Origin: Macrostomum lignano | Lineage: Eukaryota | NCBI GenBank assembly: GCA_002269645.1 | Contig: NIVC01000496.1 | Location: forward strand, 1 to 64,000 | Direction: 5' to 3' | Length of the DNA: 64,000 nucleotides | Made by a program: the position numbers and the translations under genes | Shown: in pieces, positions 13,601-27,087 of the stretch | Layout: every line of letters begins with the position of its first letter | Numbering within the stretch: position 1 is the first letter of the stretch | The notes under the pieces: generated by a model | Database searches by the model: none | Seen by the model: only the letters and a program-made list of their open reading frames with translations | What the model was told of the DNA's origin: nothing

Positions 13601-14351
13601 GTAAACAAACAAAATTATGCTTAGATTAGAAAAGCTGACATCCTATTTTAACTCTTTTTGCATGAATTGCAATATTTAACTATGAAAAATTAGCCTTACT
13701 AGCTATATAATAGCTATAGCCTATACTTTAATTTTTCTTCTCAAACAAAAAGCCATTTTGTCTGCTAGCAGACAAAAAGGTAGCAGACAAAATGACTACA
13801 ACTGTGTACCTTTTAGCATAGGCATTATATACATAGTCATACTCATAGCTATAAATGTTTTTTTACCTTAATACTATATGAATAATATATAGTATTATAT
13901 ATATAATTTAAGATAATTAGGTTAATTGAATAAGTTTGAAAACTCCTACAATTTTTTAAGTAAAGTAAATGTAGACTACAATAAAATTATGTGCTATGTT
14001 TTTTATGATTTACGCTATACTGATACATAATTTGTCTTGATTCCAAGAAAGACACTATAATATTTTTTGAATAGAATAATTTTCTATGCCATGTATATAA
14101 TTTTTTCTAGTTATATAATTTTTAAAAAAAATTACAAACTTATATAATATATAAAAATATACGCTTCTTTCTATAATTTGTTTTAATCTACATTTTTATG
14201 CTCAAAGTTTAATTGTGTGTGTGTGAGTAAAAAAATACTTCTTATATCATTACCGGTTTTTCAGTTCCAGTTCCCGATAAGATAAAAATAACGAAGAGAT
14301 CGATTTAGCAGAAAACACTTGAATGTAAAACGATTTTTTAGTCGAAACTCA

Positions 14352-15660
14352 AATTTACCATCTGAAATCTGTGTATATATAAAAAATCTGCTTCACAGAC
14401 CTTACTGTTGCTTCAGTGCAGGTCTCCAATCTTGCATAGCGTGATGTTGAAACGTCAGTAACTGCAGAATTTCGCATACAGGCCAAATCATTCTACCCCT
14501 AGAACTACGAAATACCCAACAACAGCTGATAACCAATTTTATTTTTGCAATTTACCATCTGAAATCTGTGTATATGTAAAAAATCAGCTTCACAGACCTT
14601 ACTGTTGCTTCAGTGCAGGTCTCCAATCTTGCATAGCGTGATGTTGAAACGTCAGTAACTGTACGATGTCGCATACAGGCCAAATCATTCTACCCCTAGA
14701 ACTACGAAATACCTAACAACAGCTGATAACCAATTTTATTTTTGCAATTTACCATCTGAAATCTGTGTATATATAAAAAATCAGCTTCACAGACCTTACT
14801 GTTGCTTCAGTGCAGGTCTCCAATCTTGCATAGCGTGATGTTGAAACGTCAGTAACTGCAGAATTTCGCATACAGGCCAAATCATTCTACCCCTAGAACT
14901 ACGAAATACCCAACAACAACTGATAACCAATTTTATTTTTTAAATTTACCATCTGAAATCTGTGTATATATAAAAAATCAGCTTCACAGACCTTACTGTT
15001 GCTTCAGTGCAGGTCTCCAATCTTGCATAGCGTGATGTTGAAACGTCAGTAACTGCAGAATTTCGCATACAGGCCAAATCATTCTACCCCTAGAACTACG
15101 AAATACCCAACAACAACTGATAACCAATTTTATTTTTTAAATTTACCATCTGAAATCTGTGTATATATAAAAAATCAGCTTCACAGACCTTACTGTTGCT
15201 TCAGTGCAGGTCTCCAATCTTGCATAGCGTGATGTTGAAACGTCAGTAACTGCAGAATTTCGCATACAGGCCAAATCATTCTACCCCTAGAACTACGAAA
15301 TACCCAACAACAACTGATAACCAATTTTATTTTTTAAATTTACCATCTGAAATCTGTGTATATATAAAAAATCAGCTTCACAGACCTTACTGTTGCTTCA
15401 GTGCAGGTCTCCAATCTTGCATAGCGTGATGTTGAAACGTCAGTAACTGCAGGATTTCGCATACAGGCTAAATAAATCTACCCCCGAAATTACGAAATAC
15501 CCAACAACAGCTGATAACCAATTTTATTTTTGCAATTTACCATCTGAAATCTGTGTATAAGTAAAAAAACAGCTTCACCGACCTTACTGTTGCTTCAGTG
15601 CAGGTCTCCAATCTTGCATAGCGTGATGTTGAAACGTCAGAAACTGTACGATTTCGTAAC
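14352..15660. repeat. 197-bp satellite-like tandem array, ~6.6 copies
   Basis: TTTACCATCT recurs at 14354, 14551, 14748, 14945, 15142, 15339 and 15536 (period 197), with near-identical units. Confidence 0.95.
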
Positions 15661-15789
15661 TAAGGATTTGTAACTTTGAATTTGTAAAATAACCAGCTTA
15701 TACTCGTAGGTAATTATAGAACAACAGCAACAAAAAATACGCAGTCGCCCCAGTAGTCAGTGGAGGGAGCGTCAGATGACATGTCGAAG

Positions 15790-17160
15790 CGCCAGCAGGC
15801 GAATAATCAATTGTCCGGCCCATTGATCGACAGTGTCGGGCGCCCCAACGTTGCTCAGGATGCAGTCCACGCAGCTATCTCTGTGTCCTCGGTCGCTTGA
15901 GCCCGCCTGAACTGTTCTAGCAAAGTGAGCGGCAGGATGTCCTGGAGAGGCTAGGGCAATAGCCCGGATCACGTAGCACCTGTGGAGTCGCCGTCTCGCT
16001 GCAGGATGGTACATCCTTGAACAGGACGCTTTTGTCAGCCTGAACGCATGGAGCAGCCCCGCGGGCCGAGTGATCAAATTGTTTAGCTGTTGCTCCAGCG
16101 TGACCGTTAACATCGGGACGCTAGAATTCGCGCGACTGGATTTCGCGCGATCTGGCATTCGAGCGACTGCATTTGCGCGACTGGAAATCGCACGACCTGG
16201 AATTGAAGCGCGCGACTTCTTTCTAGCGACTGGATTTCACACGACTGGATTTAAATCCAGTCGATCGAAATCCGGTTGGGCGAAATTCAGTCGCGCGAAA
16301 TCCAGTCGCACGAAATTCTACGTCGTGCGAAATCTAGTCGCTTGAAGTAAGTCGCGAGAAATGATGCAGTCGAATTCAATTTCAAGTCGCCTAAAATCAT
16401 CCGATTCGTGCAAAATCCTGGTGCGCAGAAGACAATTAGCGCAAAATCCAGTAGCGCGAATTCTAGATCTAGCGTCCGTTGAACATCCACGTCTCTGCAG
16501 CGTTGTCGAGCAACACGGTCTCAACAGCCGAGCCCTCTGACGATCGGGCAGCGCTTTGGACTGAAGGATGGCGCGAATCGACCGGTAGGCCGTCCAGGCA
16601 AGTCCTCTCGATCTAGATCTGCGTCGCCGAATTTCGTCCTCAACGTTGGGCATCAGACCGTCGAGGTGAACCGCTGACAGCGCGCGAGGTTGGTCGTCTG
16701 CCCGTCTGCGCCGCGGCATTACGCTGTGGTGACGGCAGACGGCTTGTCTGACCTGTCTGAAACTTCGTTTAGGAGTGCTACACAGAGCGACACATTCTGG
16801 CACCGTTCCTCTTCGTGCTGCTCCTGGCATGGATTGTGCAGCTTCGGAACGGACCCCCTTCAGCAGGCGACGGCTTCCTGCTGCGCAGACACATCGGTCG
16901 CCGCCACAACGAGAAGCGCCTGAGCGGTTCGGGCTACGCCGACGACCTCACACTCCTGTCCTCAACTGTTGATGGCGCACAGCGCTAGATTAAGGTTGGC
17001 GATCGAGGTGGCATCAAAGCGTCGGCCTATTTGTCGACACGCTGAAAGACCGAGGCGCTGGCATGACCAGCGAGCCGATATCCCAGCGGAGCTGACATAT
17101 CATCATACAGCGATATGATGGCGTCAACTACATGTAGCTGCTGGGGACTCGACAGGTTCG
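15790..17160 (+). mobile_element. Decayed non-LTR retrotransposon (LINE) RT fragment
   Basis: Frameshifted motifs GVL..DTLAPFLFVLLL..DGFLLRRHIGRRHNEKRLSGSGYADDLTLLSSTV at ~16780-16980. In-frame stops are present. Boundaries are approximate. Confidence 0.7.
16121..16466. mobile_element. 346-bp foldback/palindromic element built of ~15-bp GCGCGACTGGATTTC subunits, inserted in the LINE remnant
   Basis: Ends are CTAGAATTCGCGC and GCGCGAATTCTAG. The central palindrome is CGACTGGATTTAAATCCAGTCG (16242-16263). Subunit orientation inverts at the centre. Confidence 0.8.
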
Positions 17161-17238
17161 TAGGACAAAAGAAAGTGTTACTCTAAGCACTGAATCAAAT
17201 GCCATAATAATTAAAAACCCTAAAAAATGCCGAGTAAA

Positions 17239-17276
17239 GGCCGAGACCTTTCACAGAGTCGTGAAAGGTCTCGGCC
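17239..17276. other. Perfect 16-bp-stem hairpin
   Basis: GGCCGAGACCTTTCAC-AGAGTC-GTGAAAGGTCTCGGCC, followed by a small GGAGTT-GT-AACTCC hairpin. Confidence 0.85.
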
Positions 17277-20200
17277 CCTCGGAGTTGTAACTCCTTTAAT
17301 TTCCTATTTTTCCGAGGTTCAGCTTGTACATTGTTTCATTTTACGAAATTGTACCTTCAAATGCATAATCACATGCAAGGGCCCGCGTCACCGCGCGGGA
17401 CAGGGGCTGACATCGGGACAACTGTGCATGTCCCCCTGGTCTGAGTGAAAGCTATGAAAAAGCGAACAAAATGAGTGTCTGTTTGGCAATAAAATTGAGT
17501 GTTAAAAACACCGATATAAAAAATAATGTAGGAATTTCGTCACTTAGAATTCTTGACTTTGTCCCCCACCATAAAATCCATAGCGACGCGCTCACGCCCC
17601 TGATCATATGCAAGTTAAGAATTACATCTAATTGTGCAAAATATTTACATGTTTAATATTTGATCAATTAGATTTGTAAGGTCTGTAGAGAAATTACAAT
17701 TAATCAATTCAAGGTGCACTGTTGGATTAAATTACGTATTGTCTGTATTAAGTTATTGATAGAATTTTTACGACAATTACATGCATTCTTTTGGAGAAGT
17801 AACATCATAATCTTATAAATTACATGTATCCTACCAGGTATCTTATATTTTTATCTCAATATTTTTATTTCACATGAAATATTCAAAACCCATGTTTTAT
17901 AAGGACCTTTAACTTTTACAATTTTTTAGCGTCAATTGAAACCATTATTTGAATTGCTATTAGTTAATTTATTAATTTACCACAATATTTTTGAGTTCAA
18001 AGTAATTGTAGTTAATTTAATTGTAGTTAACTACTGTCTTTATCAAGTGTAAAAAGAACGAAACATTTTTTATAATTGTCTACTAGTTTCTTTGTTTATT
18101 CATCCTACATATTAATTTTTTATTTTTATCATATTTAGAAGAGTTCTTACTTCATATTGTTATCGTCACATTTATCACATACAACGATAATGATAGATCG
18201 AGTTGACTCCGAGATCGAACCGTGGTTTTTTGAATATTCGCCTCTATAATACTACTTGTTTCCACCAAAAAATATAAATAAAATAAAAAAACGTTTGAAT
18301 AATATTGTATTTTATTCATTTTTTTAAAAACATTAATGTCAACTTCATTCTAAAAGCAGTAAACCTTTGTTTTAATATGCATTGTAACATATTCCGTTAC
18401 GGCGGGATTTTAAAGTACGATTTGGGAACTGAAACTGAAAAACCGGTCATCTTATATCACGTACATATGCAGCGCAGCCGCCAGCCAGACTGACTAAAGG
18501 TCTAAATGAAGCATTGATGTCTATCTTAGCCAAAAAGTTCTTGTGCAAGTGGTGCATACTCTATGACAGATTTGTTATCTAGATATTACAATACTAGACT
18601 CTAGTAGGTATTCTAGGAATCTAGAGGCTACCAAATATAATATGGATAGCATTGACATGATAGACTGGCTTACCTAATATTAATAAAGAATAAAATTTCA
18701 TATGAAGTCCTACGAAGAAAAAAAGGCACCTGTATATTAGGGCTAGGGAGCAGAGCACTGGCTCAAACTATCTGCTAGGCCTATCTAAGACATATTTTAT
18801 CTAATGACTAATATAATAAATACTTTAACTGTAAACCTAAACTAAAAACAAAGTGCTTCAAAATTATATAGATGCCAATCTGATTTCAAACTCACTATCA
18901 TTAATGCTCTATACACAAATTCTAATCGTTTAGCTTTAACATAGTTTTTAGACCTAATTAGTGGTGGAGATCAAATTTTCTGGCATTCTTTTGATTCATG
19001 ATTATTTCAAACAGTGATAACCACCACTTAAAATAGTTGTAAGACATAAAAGCTGACAATAGTTTCAAATGAAAAGAAATCAAAAGTTGGCAAACTAACC
19101 TTGTTTATTTCAAAGGATAGTAAGATTATTGTAACTTATATATTGCTATTTTGCAGTCTATAATTACCTAAATATACATTTCCCATTAAAATGATTTTAA
19201 ACCAAAGCTAGCTATAGGAAAGACTATCAAATAGTCCCACATGTCATTGTCTGTCAAGTAGCAAGTTTGAGCTAGTAGCTTATAATATCATCTTTGGTTT
19301 ATAATTACTTCTACATACATACTTTACTAGAATTATTGCAAACTAAACTCTAAAGCTGGCAATATTACATTTACTCTAAGTACATATGCATTACATAGGC
19401 GGAATAGGCCTACAATATTATTGTTAACCTAGTTTTGACTTTGGTTCACGATCATTTTTTATGTGCATTACACATTCAAATGATCATATACTGATGATCA
19501 GATTAATGTACTAAAATGTACTTGTACCTATATGCAAAAATCTTTGTCAAAATAGAATATGATTTTGTTTCTTTTAAATTTCAAATCTGTGCATGCGCGT
19601 TACTCAAGGACAATTTTGGCCACAGACAGTCTGAATTGAAGTTCTTCTGTTTCAATAGAAAGGGACTTTGTTTGAATTGAATTTCCACAAGGGCTGTTAT
19701 TTCTTAAAGTGTTTAAATTGAAGTTTTGCTTGTTCTTTTTGAACAAGACTTTGTTCAAAATAGGAGGTAAAATGGTGTAATAGTAGTAAGAATTTAGCTT
19801 AGGCAATTAGCCTGGCATGTGCCACTGAGGTGGGGCGGAGAAAATTTAGAATTTCTTGGTTGCACACATTTTGCTGACACCAATGAGATGGGCAGATTCT
19901 GTGTCTGAATTGCCGCTGGCATTGAGTTCACACAAATTGAATCCAAAAAATTGTGCAGACAAATCACAACAAAATCTTTTTTCCTGTTTTACTCCGACTG
20001 CCAGGGTTCTTAATTCCAGGGAGGGTAGTCGTAATCATAGTAGAGCGGTCGTTAGAGTGGCACAGTTGTTCAGATGGTAGACACTGGAAATTCTGACACC
20101 ATAAATTACTGTGTCATTTTGTTGAGCTGATTACTAGCAGTAAGGTAGATGTTGCCACCACAGTAATTTACGTATTATGGAACGTTGAAGTCTCAAACTT

Positions 20201-20929
20201 TCTTTGAGTTGAGAACTTTGGGTTGTTTTATGCCCCATGGGCAAATGACTCAAAATAAAGCTATAGGTTAATATACGAACAGTTGATTATTAATTTGCTG
20301 TTTATTATTGCTATCAAACAAATAGCTAAAATATTAGAGAATGAATTGAGATGGCCTTGACTAATGGGTCCAGCATGCCAGATGCAGGACAACTAATTAA
20401 ATCTAATGTAAAGGAGGAAAAAAAAGAGCACATGAAAATACGGGCTCCAAACAGCAGTGTATAAATAATAATAAAATTACATCTTGCCAGAGGGCGGGAC
20501 ACCTGTGGATCCAGTGAATGGAAAACGATTTGCCATCTTGGAGATCTTTGACTGGCTGCTACGCAAAAATATTAGAAAAAAATTATTAAAAGGGAAATTG
20601 CATCACTTGGGGCAGTAATTGGGGCATAGCATGGAGGCCATTACATTTGATGGGGCAACGATTGGGGCATAGCATGGAGGCGATTATATTGGATGGGGAA
20701 GCGCCTAGGCCAACTAGTGGCGTGACGTCAGGAGCTCACAGTGGCAAATTTCACAAAAACTAAGCAAATTAACGCAAAATATTAATATTGACCTTAAGAA
20801 AATTATTTTCTATTAAATAATATTAAATAATTTTAATAATAATAATTTTAATTTTAATAATAATAATAATAATAATAATAATTAAATAATTTTAATAAAT
20901 AATTTTAAAAATATTAAAAACAAAACATC

Positions 20930-21965
20930 CCAAGATAGCAAACATTCCCAGACAGCATTCAAGCATCAATCCCTAAATAGCAAGCATCCCCCAGATAGCA
21001 AGCATCCCCCAGATAGCAAGCATCCCCTAGATAGCAAGGATCCCCAGATAGCAAGCATCCCCCAGATAGCAAGGATCCCTTAGCAGACCCTATTGGAATA
21101 AATGTTAAAAACCCGCAGACGCGCGCTTTAGAAAAGAGTCAAACTATTTTACCGTGCTTTAGGATTATTAGAGATGTTCCGAATGATCTGCAGTTTCGTC
21201 AAAATCAAAATTCGCTAACTTTCCAAAATCAAAATTGAAATTTCCCGAAATCATAATTCAGAAAAACAAAGTTTAGCATGATCAACACTCACTTTTTTAC
21301 TTTCAATTTACTGCTTAAGCAAAAAGTAATACATGTATATACAGTAGAAAGTAGTTTATTTTTAGTGACTTTTTAGACAACCAAAATTTTCACTTCTAAA
21401 TTTTTTTGAAATTGAAATTTGCTCTAAAAAATTCAAATTTTGGAAAATTGAAATTGAATTTTCAAAACATCTCTAAGCTTAATAAATTACAAGTGTATAA
21501 GCCCCTTCAACAGAGGTATTATACCCATTTCCATGTATATGTATTTGCTAGAGCAGCAGCCAGTAAGAAAGGGCAGCGTGCGTGAAAAAATTCAAAAGTG
21601 CACTAGACACCATCTGCGGTTTTACAACTTTTTCCTATAGGGCCCCCAGATAGCAAGCATCCCCCAGATAGCAAGGATCCCCTAGATAGCAAGCATCCCC
21701 CAGATAGCAAGCATCCCCCAGATAGCAAGCATCCCCCAGATAGCAAGCATCCCCCAGATAGCAAACATAACCTAGATAAAAAGACCTTATAGATATCTAG
21801 CAACCCCCTCTCAGATAGCAAGTACCCTCTACCCCCCAAGAGCAAGCATCTCCCAATAGCAGATAACCCCAGTAGCAAGCATCCCTCAGATAGCAAGCAT
21901 CCCTCAGAAAGCAAGCATCCCCCTAATAGCAAGTATCTATCCTTAAATAGCAAGCATCCACCAGA
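20930..21965. repeat. 17-bp minisatellite (CCCCAGATAGCAAGCAT) interrupted at ~21088-21642
   Basis: Tandem units occur at ~20930-21080 and ~21643-21965. Confidence 0.8.
21169..21475. mobile_element. Possible hAT-like MITE, ~307 bp
   Basis: TAGAGATGTT...AACATCTCTA termini. The 8-bp flanks AGGATTAT and AGCTTAAT match only partly. Confidence 0.4.
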
Positions 21966-22019
21966 GAACAAGTAGCTAGTGCAACAATTTCCTTAGCTTT
22001 ATAGTGGCTCCATTTTGTT

Positions 22020-22920
22020 TGGCATGACACTTCTTTTTATGTTTGAAACAGTGGCTTTTTTATGTTTGAAATGGTGGCTCTTCTATTTTTGACATGGTAG
22101 CTCTTTATTGTTGACATGGTGGCTCTTCTGTGTTTGACATGGTGTCTTTTTTATGTTTGACATGTTGGCTCCCCTTTGTGTGACATGGTGTCTCTTTTAT
22201 GTGTTTAACATTTGACATGAAGTCACCTAGAGGTTTGACATGGTGGCTATTTAATGTTTGACATGGAGTCACATATATGTTTGACATGGTGGCTCTTTAA
22301 TGTTCGACATGGTGGCTCTTAAATGGTTGACATGGTGGCTCTTTTATTTTTGACATGGTGCTCTTTTATGTCTTACTTGGTAGCATTTTTATGTTTGAAA
22401 TGGTGGCTCTTTTATGTTTGACATGGTGGCTCTTTAATGTTTGACATGGTAGCTCTTTAATGTTTGACATGGAGTCACATATATGTTTGACATGTTGGCT
22501 CTTTAATGTTCGACATAGTGGCTTTTAAATGGTTGAAATGGTGGCTCTTTTATTTTTGACATGGTGGCTCTTTTATGTCTTACTTGGTAGCATTTTTATG
22601 TTTGAAATGGTGGCTCTTTTATGTTTGACATGGTAGCTCTTTTATGCTTGACATGGTAGCTCTTTTATGCTTGACATGGTGGCTCTTTAATGTTTGAAAT
22701 GGTGACTCTAATATTTGACATGGTAGCTCTTTCATGTTTAAGATGGTGGCTCTTTAATGTTTGACATGGTGGCTCTTTAATGTTTGACATGGAGTCACAT
22801 ATATTTTTGACATGGTAGCTCTTTTTATGTTTGACATGGTGGCTCTATTATGTTTGACATATTGGCTCTTTTTATGTTTGACATGGTGGCTCTATTATGT
22901 TTGACATATTGGCTCTTTTA
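22020..22920. repeat. ~22-bp minisatellite (ATGTTTGACATGGTGGCTCTTT), ~40 copies
   Basis: Continuous degenerate tandem array. Confidence 0.9.
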
Positions 22921-24513
22921 TGTTTAGCATTTTTGTGTTTTTAAGGTGTTTTAATAAAAAAATTTTTTGCACTACTAAGATTCAAACCCAGGTTGCTAGA
23001 TTAGCAGTCCAGTCTGTTCACATCGAGGCTGTCTCTTTTCAATTGGAGAACATGATTTGTGGCCCTTATAATTCAATACTTACAGCAAGTCGGGTAGAGT
23101 AAAAAGTTATGACATAATCAATTTCTCAGTTAGCCAGTATCAGTCTCAATTAAAATTAGCAATATTGGTTATGCAATTTCAATCAAGTCTTGTGTGCATT
23201 TCTTTGGCACTGTTTTCACCTTGTTGTGATGCAATCTATTTCAGAATCAGAATTCAAAAAGTCAGTTTTTTCTCTAGCATTCTTACAATGTATTTCAAGT
23301 CAAAAATTTTGCTTGACCTTTGCAAAAAGCATGTTTTTCAAATATTTAATCCCTTTAACATTGAGCAATTTCTTAGCCAACATGCATATACCATCCCAGG
23401 AAAATTTCTGATTGAATGGTGCAAATTTGAAGAAAATTGATTTAGCAGTTTTTTCTGAAAATAATTGCATACCCATATACATACCTAGATAACTCATTTT
23501 TAATATATAGGAATTTTAATAAGTCCAAACTAAGCTAACTATGCATTTGACTTTGAAATGCATATATTTTAAAGGAACTAACAAGACTAACAATAGTCAC
23601 TTTTTGAACCATAGGCCACTTTGGTCTGCTTACCAAGTGAAATTAATAAATAAAAATTTTTGTTAATTTTAGATGATAAAAACTTGTTTAAGAATGATTA
23701 TTGATACTGGAACTATTATCTAGCTACAAAATTATTATTCTTTGCTATTGTTTGATATTAAGATAGTCATAATTAATAAATTAATAAATAAAAAGTTTAA
23801 AGTCAAAAGTAGTATAAGTAAAAGTATTTATTAATCAATATTAATTTGTCCTTAATAAGCTGGCTTATACTTTAACATCTATTAAACAAGGTCTTATTAG
23901 GCTATTTGCTAGTGTTCCACTATAAAGGGGGTTTATATATAGTAGCCATAGCTATAAGCAAAACTATGGCTTTTTCCAATTCTCTATATTATGTAGCCAT
24001 ATGGACCCCAATATTACTATATTCCCATAGTTCTCATAGCCACAGTTTTAACAAAAAGTCTAGGATATAAAGTAGTTTGAATTAGGAATTAGGTTTAACT
24101 TAATATTTAAACAATTAGAAACAAAGATAAAAGCTAAGTTTCTGAATCTATGATGCTATTTATAAAGTTAATAAGTTAATAAAGTTTATCATTTACACTA
24201 TAGTAGAGTTTGCAAAATCAATCAAGTATTAGTGCTGTCATTAGTTCTCCTAAGCCACAAGTTGAATTTATATTTATATTAATATAGTGAACAAGGTAGC
24301 TGAAATATCTGTGGTAAATTATTGGTTAGGATTGTCTATTGGGAAGAGCATTATGACTAACTGAAAAGTATAAGGCTGTATTGCTAAACATAAAATATGA
24401 TTGCTTATTTAATAGTTAAAAATTGTATTATTCTAAGCTAAGAATGTGTTGTCTATGCATGGTAATTTTGATAAAAACTGGAATATTATATCATATAATC
24501 TCCTCAAAATCAG

Positions 24514-25298
24514 GGGCCAATTTTATGAAGCACTGGTTAATAACTAGTAATAAAAAACCAAAAATAGCACCAGTGCTGATAATTTTGATTTTATGAAGCA
24601 TAGATAAAATCAGTCTAGATGCTAATAGTTAATCAACTAGTATGTAAATATTATAAATGTAAATTTTATTATATAAGCCTATATTTGGAAGTTGGCCCAT
24701 AGACACTAGAAAAAACTGTGTTAATCTTTCTATCTCCTTATGTAGTCTATCTTCTAAAAGACCAACATTAGGCTCAAGCCTTTCCTTAAGCATGAATCCT
24801 TAAATGAATCAGCTTGGACCCACCCTCTCCACTCCCTCTCTCTGGCTCTCTATCTTATCCACACTGTGTACATTGACTAGAGCATAGATGCAATCTGTGG
24901 CTTCAACTATTGAAACCTCAAAGTGCATTCTAAGCACTGAACAAAGTAGCCATCGTTGTCCATGAATGCTCTCTCAATATAAACAAGACCGGCGTCATTT
25001 GTCATTGACTTCCCACAATTGGAGCAGATCTATGCTCGAAATGCTAGTCTGTTATTAGTATAGTTGGCTTTTATCCTGCTTTGAAGGTGGATAAAATTTA
25101 TAAATTTTGATTTTATCTACAATTTTTTACCAGTGGTAGACTGATAAGAGCTTTGTAAAATTGGATTCAGCACCTCTGCCACAAAAAATTTATATGGTTG
25201 ATAGGTGGTAAAAAATCAGTGCTTTGTAAAATAGAGATAGAAAAATACCATTGGTTTGCTAGTAATTTACCAGTGGTAGTGCTTCATAAAATTGGTCC
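24514..25298. mobile_element. PIF/Harbinger-like MITE, 785 bp
   Basis: 21-bp TIRs GG(G/A)CCAATTTTATGAAGCACT with CAG flanking both ends (3-bp TSD). Confidence 0.75.
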
Positions 25299-26503
25299 CA
25301 GAGCAATCAAATTTCATATATGATTATGCCATTTAATTTATCATAGTCTATGGTTAGAATATCCTCAGTTGCAATCAATGGTCCTCAGCTCACTTTGCTC
25401 GCCCAAGGAATTCTAAATCTAGCAACTGGAATGACAACTGAAATAGCGGTGAAGACTTTTTTTATACAAGATGAGGCTTACTGCAATTGCCACAGACATA
25501 GGATTTGTTTTCCGTATCAACTTAGATTGCCACTAAGAAGAATCAGCTTCATTCACCTTATTTTGTCTTTGTCTTAAGAGTGACTTTCCTAAAGCCAAGT
25601 CTCTGCATCCTCTGCAAGATTTAGAATTCCTTGGCTTACCTTGTGACCATTAAATGGAGCCTCAAACATTGTATCATTTTGGAGGGCTTTTAGGGGTCTA
25701 CCAATGAAGCTAAATTGCTGCACATTTTAAATGTCTATGGCCAAACCACACTGAGAAAACACTTCAGCAAAAATCCAAGCAAGTCAGAATCTCAACTCAG
25801 TCAATAGGCCTGCGAAAAAAAGATAGCAAGCACGTAGTACACCTTCTGTTGAAGAATGGGTCATTTTGGTCCAAGTCAAAGTTCTTCAGTCAAAGTAGCA
25901 GCGTTACTTTTCCAAATCCTGTCTCCAAAGCACAGATGGTTTCACGGAGCCACCTGACTTGATGAACATTGGCGGTGGTGGCTTTGAATTGAAGATTGGC
26001 CTTTCCGAAATGTTGATCCTCAATGATATTGATTCCACAGACACGAAGTAGATAGCAGAATAGACCAGCTTGCAGGTGCAGGTGCATAAAACTGCCATTA
26101 ATCTTGCGTAAGCGTAGAAGAGTGTAGAAGATGCTCAATCCAGTGACTAGATGTTGAATATCGGCTGTCGCTGGATTGCAGAAGTAGCTCTTACTCGACA
26201 GAACCTCGCTAAACTTACAAAGCACCAATTTTCTTGCACTAGAACAGACTGGCATATTGCCCAATTGCATAGTATTTATTTTATTGATCTCAGTGGAGGA
26301 GCTTCAACTTCATCGGCATCCAATTGAATGATATCGTCAAGCATGCTGGGAACTAACTGGGAACTCAAAGCTCCAACAACGTCACCTTGCAACATGTTCA
26401 ATAGTCCAATACGAGTGCCGGTTGTTGAATCCAACATGAAAACCATATGCTTTTGGTCGCAGTCGCGCATTGAGCTTTAGCTAGCTATGAACCTTCTGCT
26501 ATA

Positions 26504-27087
26504 CTGTCCGTCAAAAGTTCCGGAACCCTTGCTACGATGTCTTCTAGCGGACATAATTTCAGTCCGTTTCAATTGTAACTTGATTCAAATGAAAGCTGCG
26601 GATCTCAGCTCCATGATGTGGTCAAGAAAAGTTTATTCGAAGGAGCGCGTGTGAACAGGCCAGTGTTATGTACATAAAGGTTAGAGAAAAAAAGTGAGGA
26701 AAAGACAGACAAGCAATTGACTCTCCCATGAAAGCTGACTGCACAAGAATCCATAAGAGCCTGTTGATTTCAACACAAGTTTTGGCCATATACTAATGTT
26801 AGCCAGGCTGAACACTGCGCGCAAACCGATTCCTTCCCATGTGTGTTTGCTCCATAGACTCAGCAACCATAGACAATTGCTTGTTTGTCTTTTCCTCACT
26901 TTTTCTCTAACCTTTATGTACATAACACTGGCCTGTTCACACGCGCTCCTTCGAATAAACTTTTTCTTGACCACATCATGGAGCTGAGATCCGCAGCTTT
27001 AATTTGAATCAAGTTACAATTGAAACGGACTGAAATTATGTCCGCTAAAAGACATCGTAGCAAGGGTTCCGGAACTTTGACGGACAG
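26504..27087. mobile_element. Tc1/mariner-type MITE, 584 bp, with ~215-bp TIRs
   Basis: Near-perfect inverted arms (~26504-26718 and ~26874-27087) starting CTGTCCGTCAAA, flanked by TA on both sides (26502-3, 27088-9). Confidence 0.9.

Larger units (their letters stand above)
14250..18449. mobile_element. 4.2-kb non-autonomous DNA transposon (Mutator-like TSD length) with nested cargo
   Basis: 26-bp TIRs TTACCGGTTTTTCAGTTCCAGTTCCC (14250-14275) and the reverse complement at 18424-18449 (2 mismatches). Exact 10-bp direct repeat TCTTATATCA at 14240-14249 and 18450-18459. No transposase ORF seen. Confidence 0.8.

Noticed and set aside
14352-15660. CRISPR-like interpretation of regular arrays (also 29880-30870, 35755-36265, 40663-41650)
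   Set aside because: The units are contiguous tandem copies with no unique spacers, there are no cas genes, and the context is intron-containing eukaryotic DNA.
21088-21642. piggyBac-like element with CCCTAT...ATAGGG ends
   Set aside because: The inverted ends are imperfect and there is no TTAA or other TSD. It is kept only as an unclassified insert in the 17-bp array.
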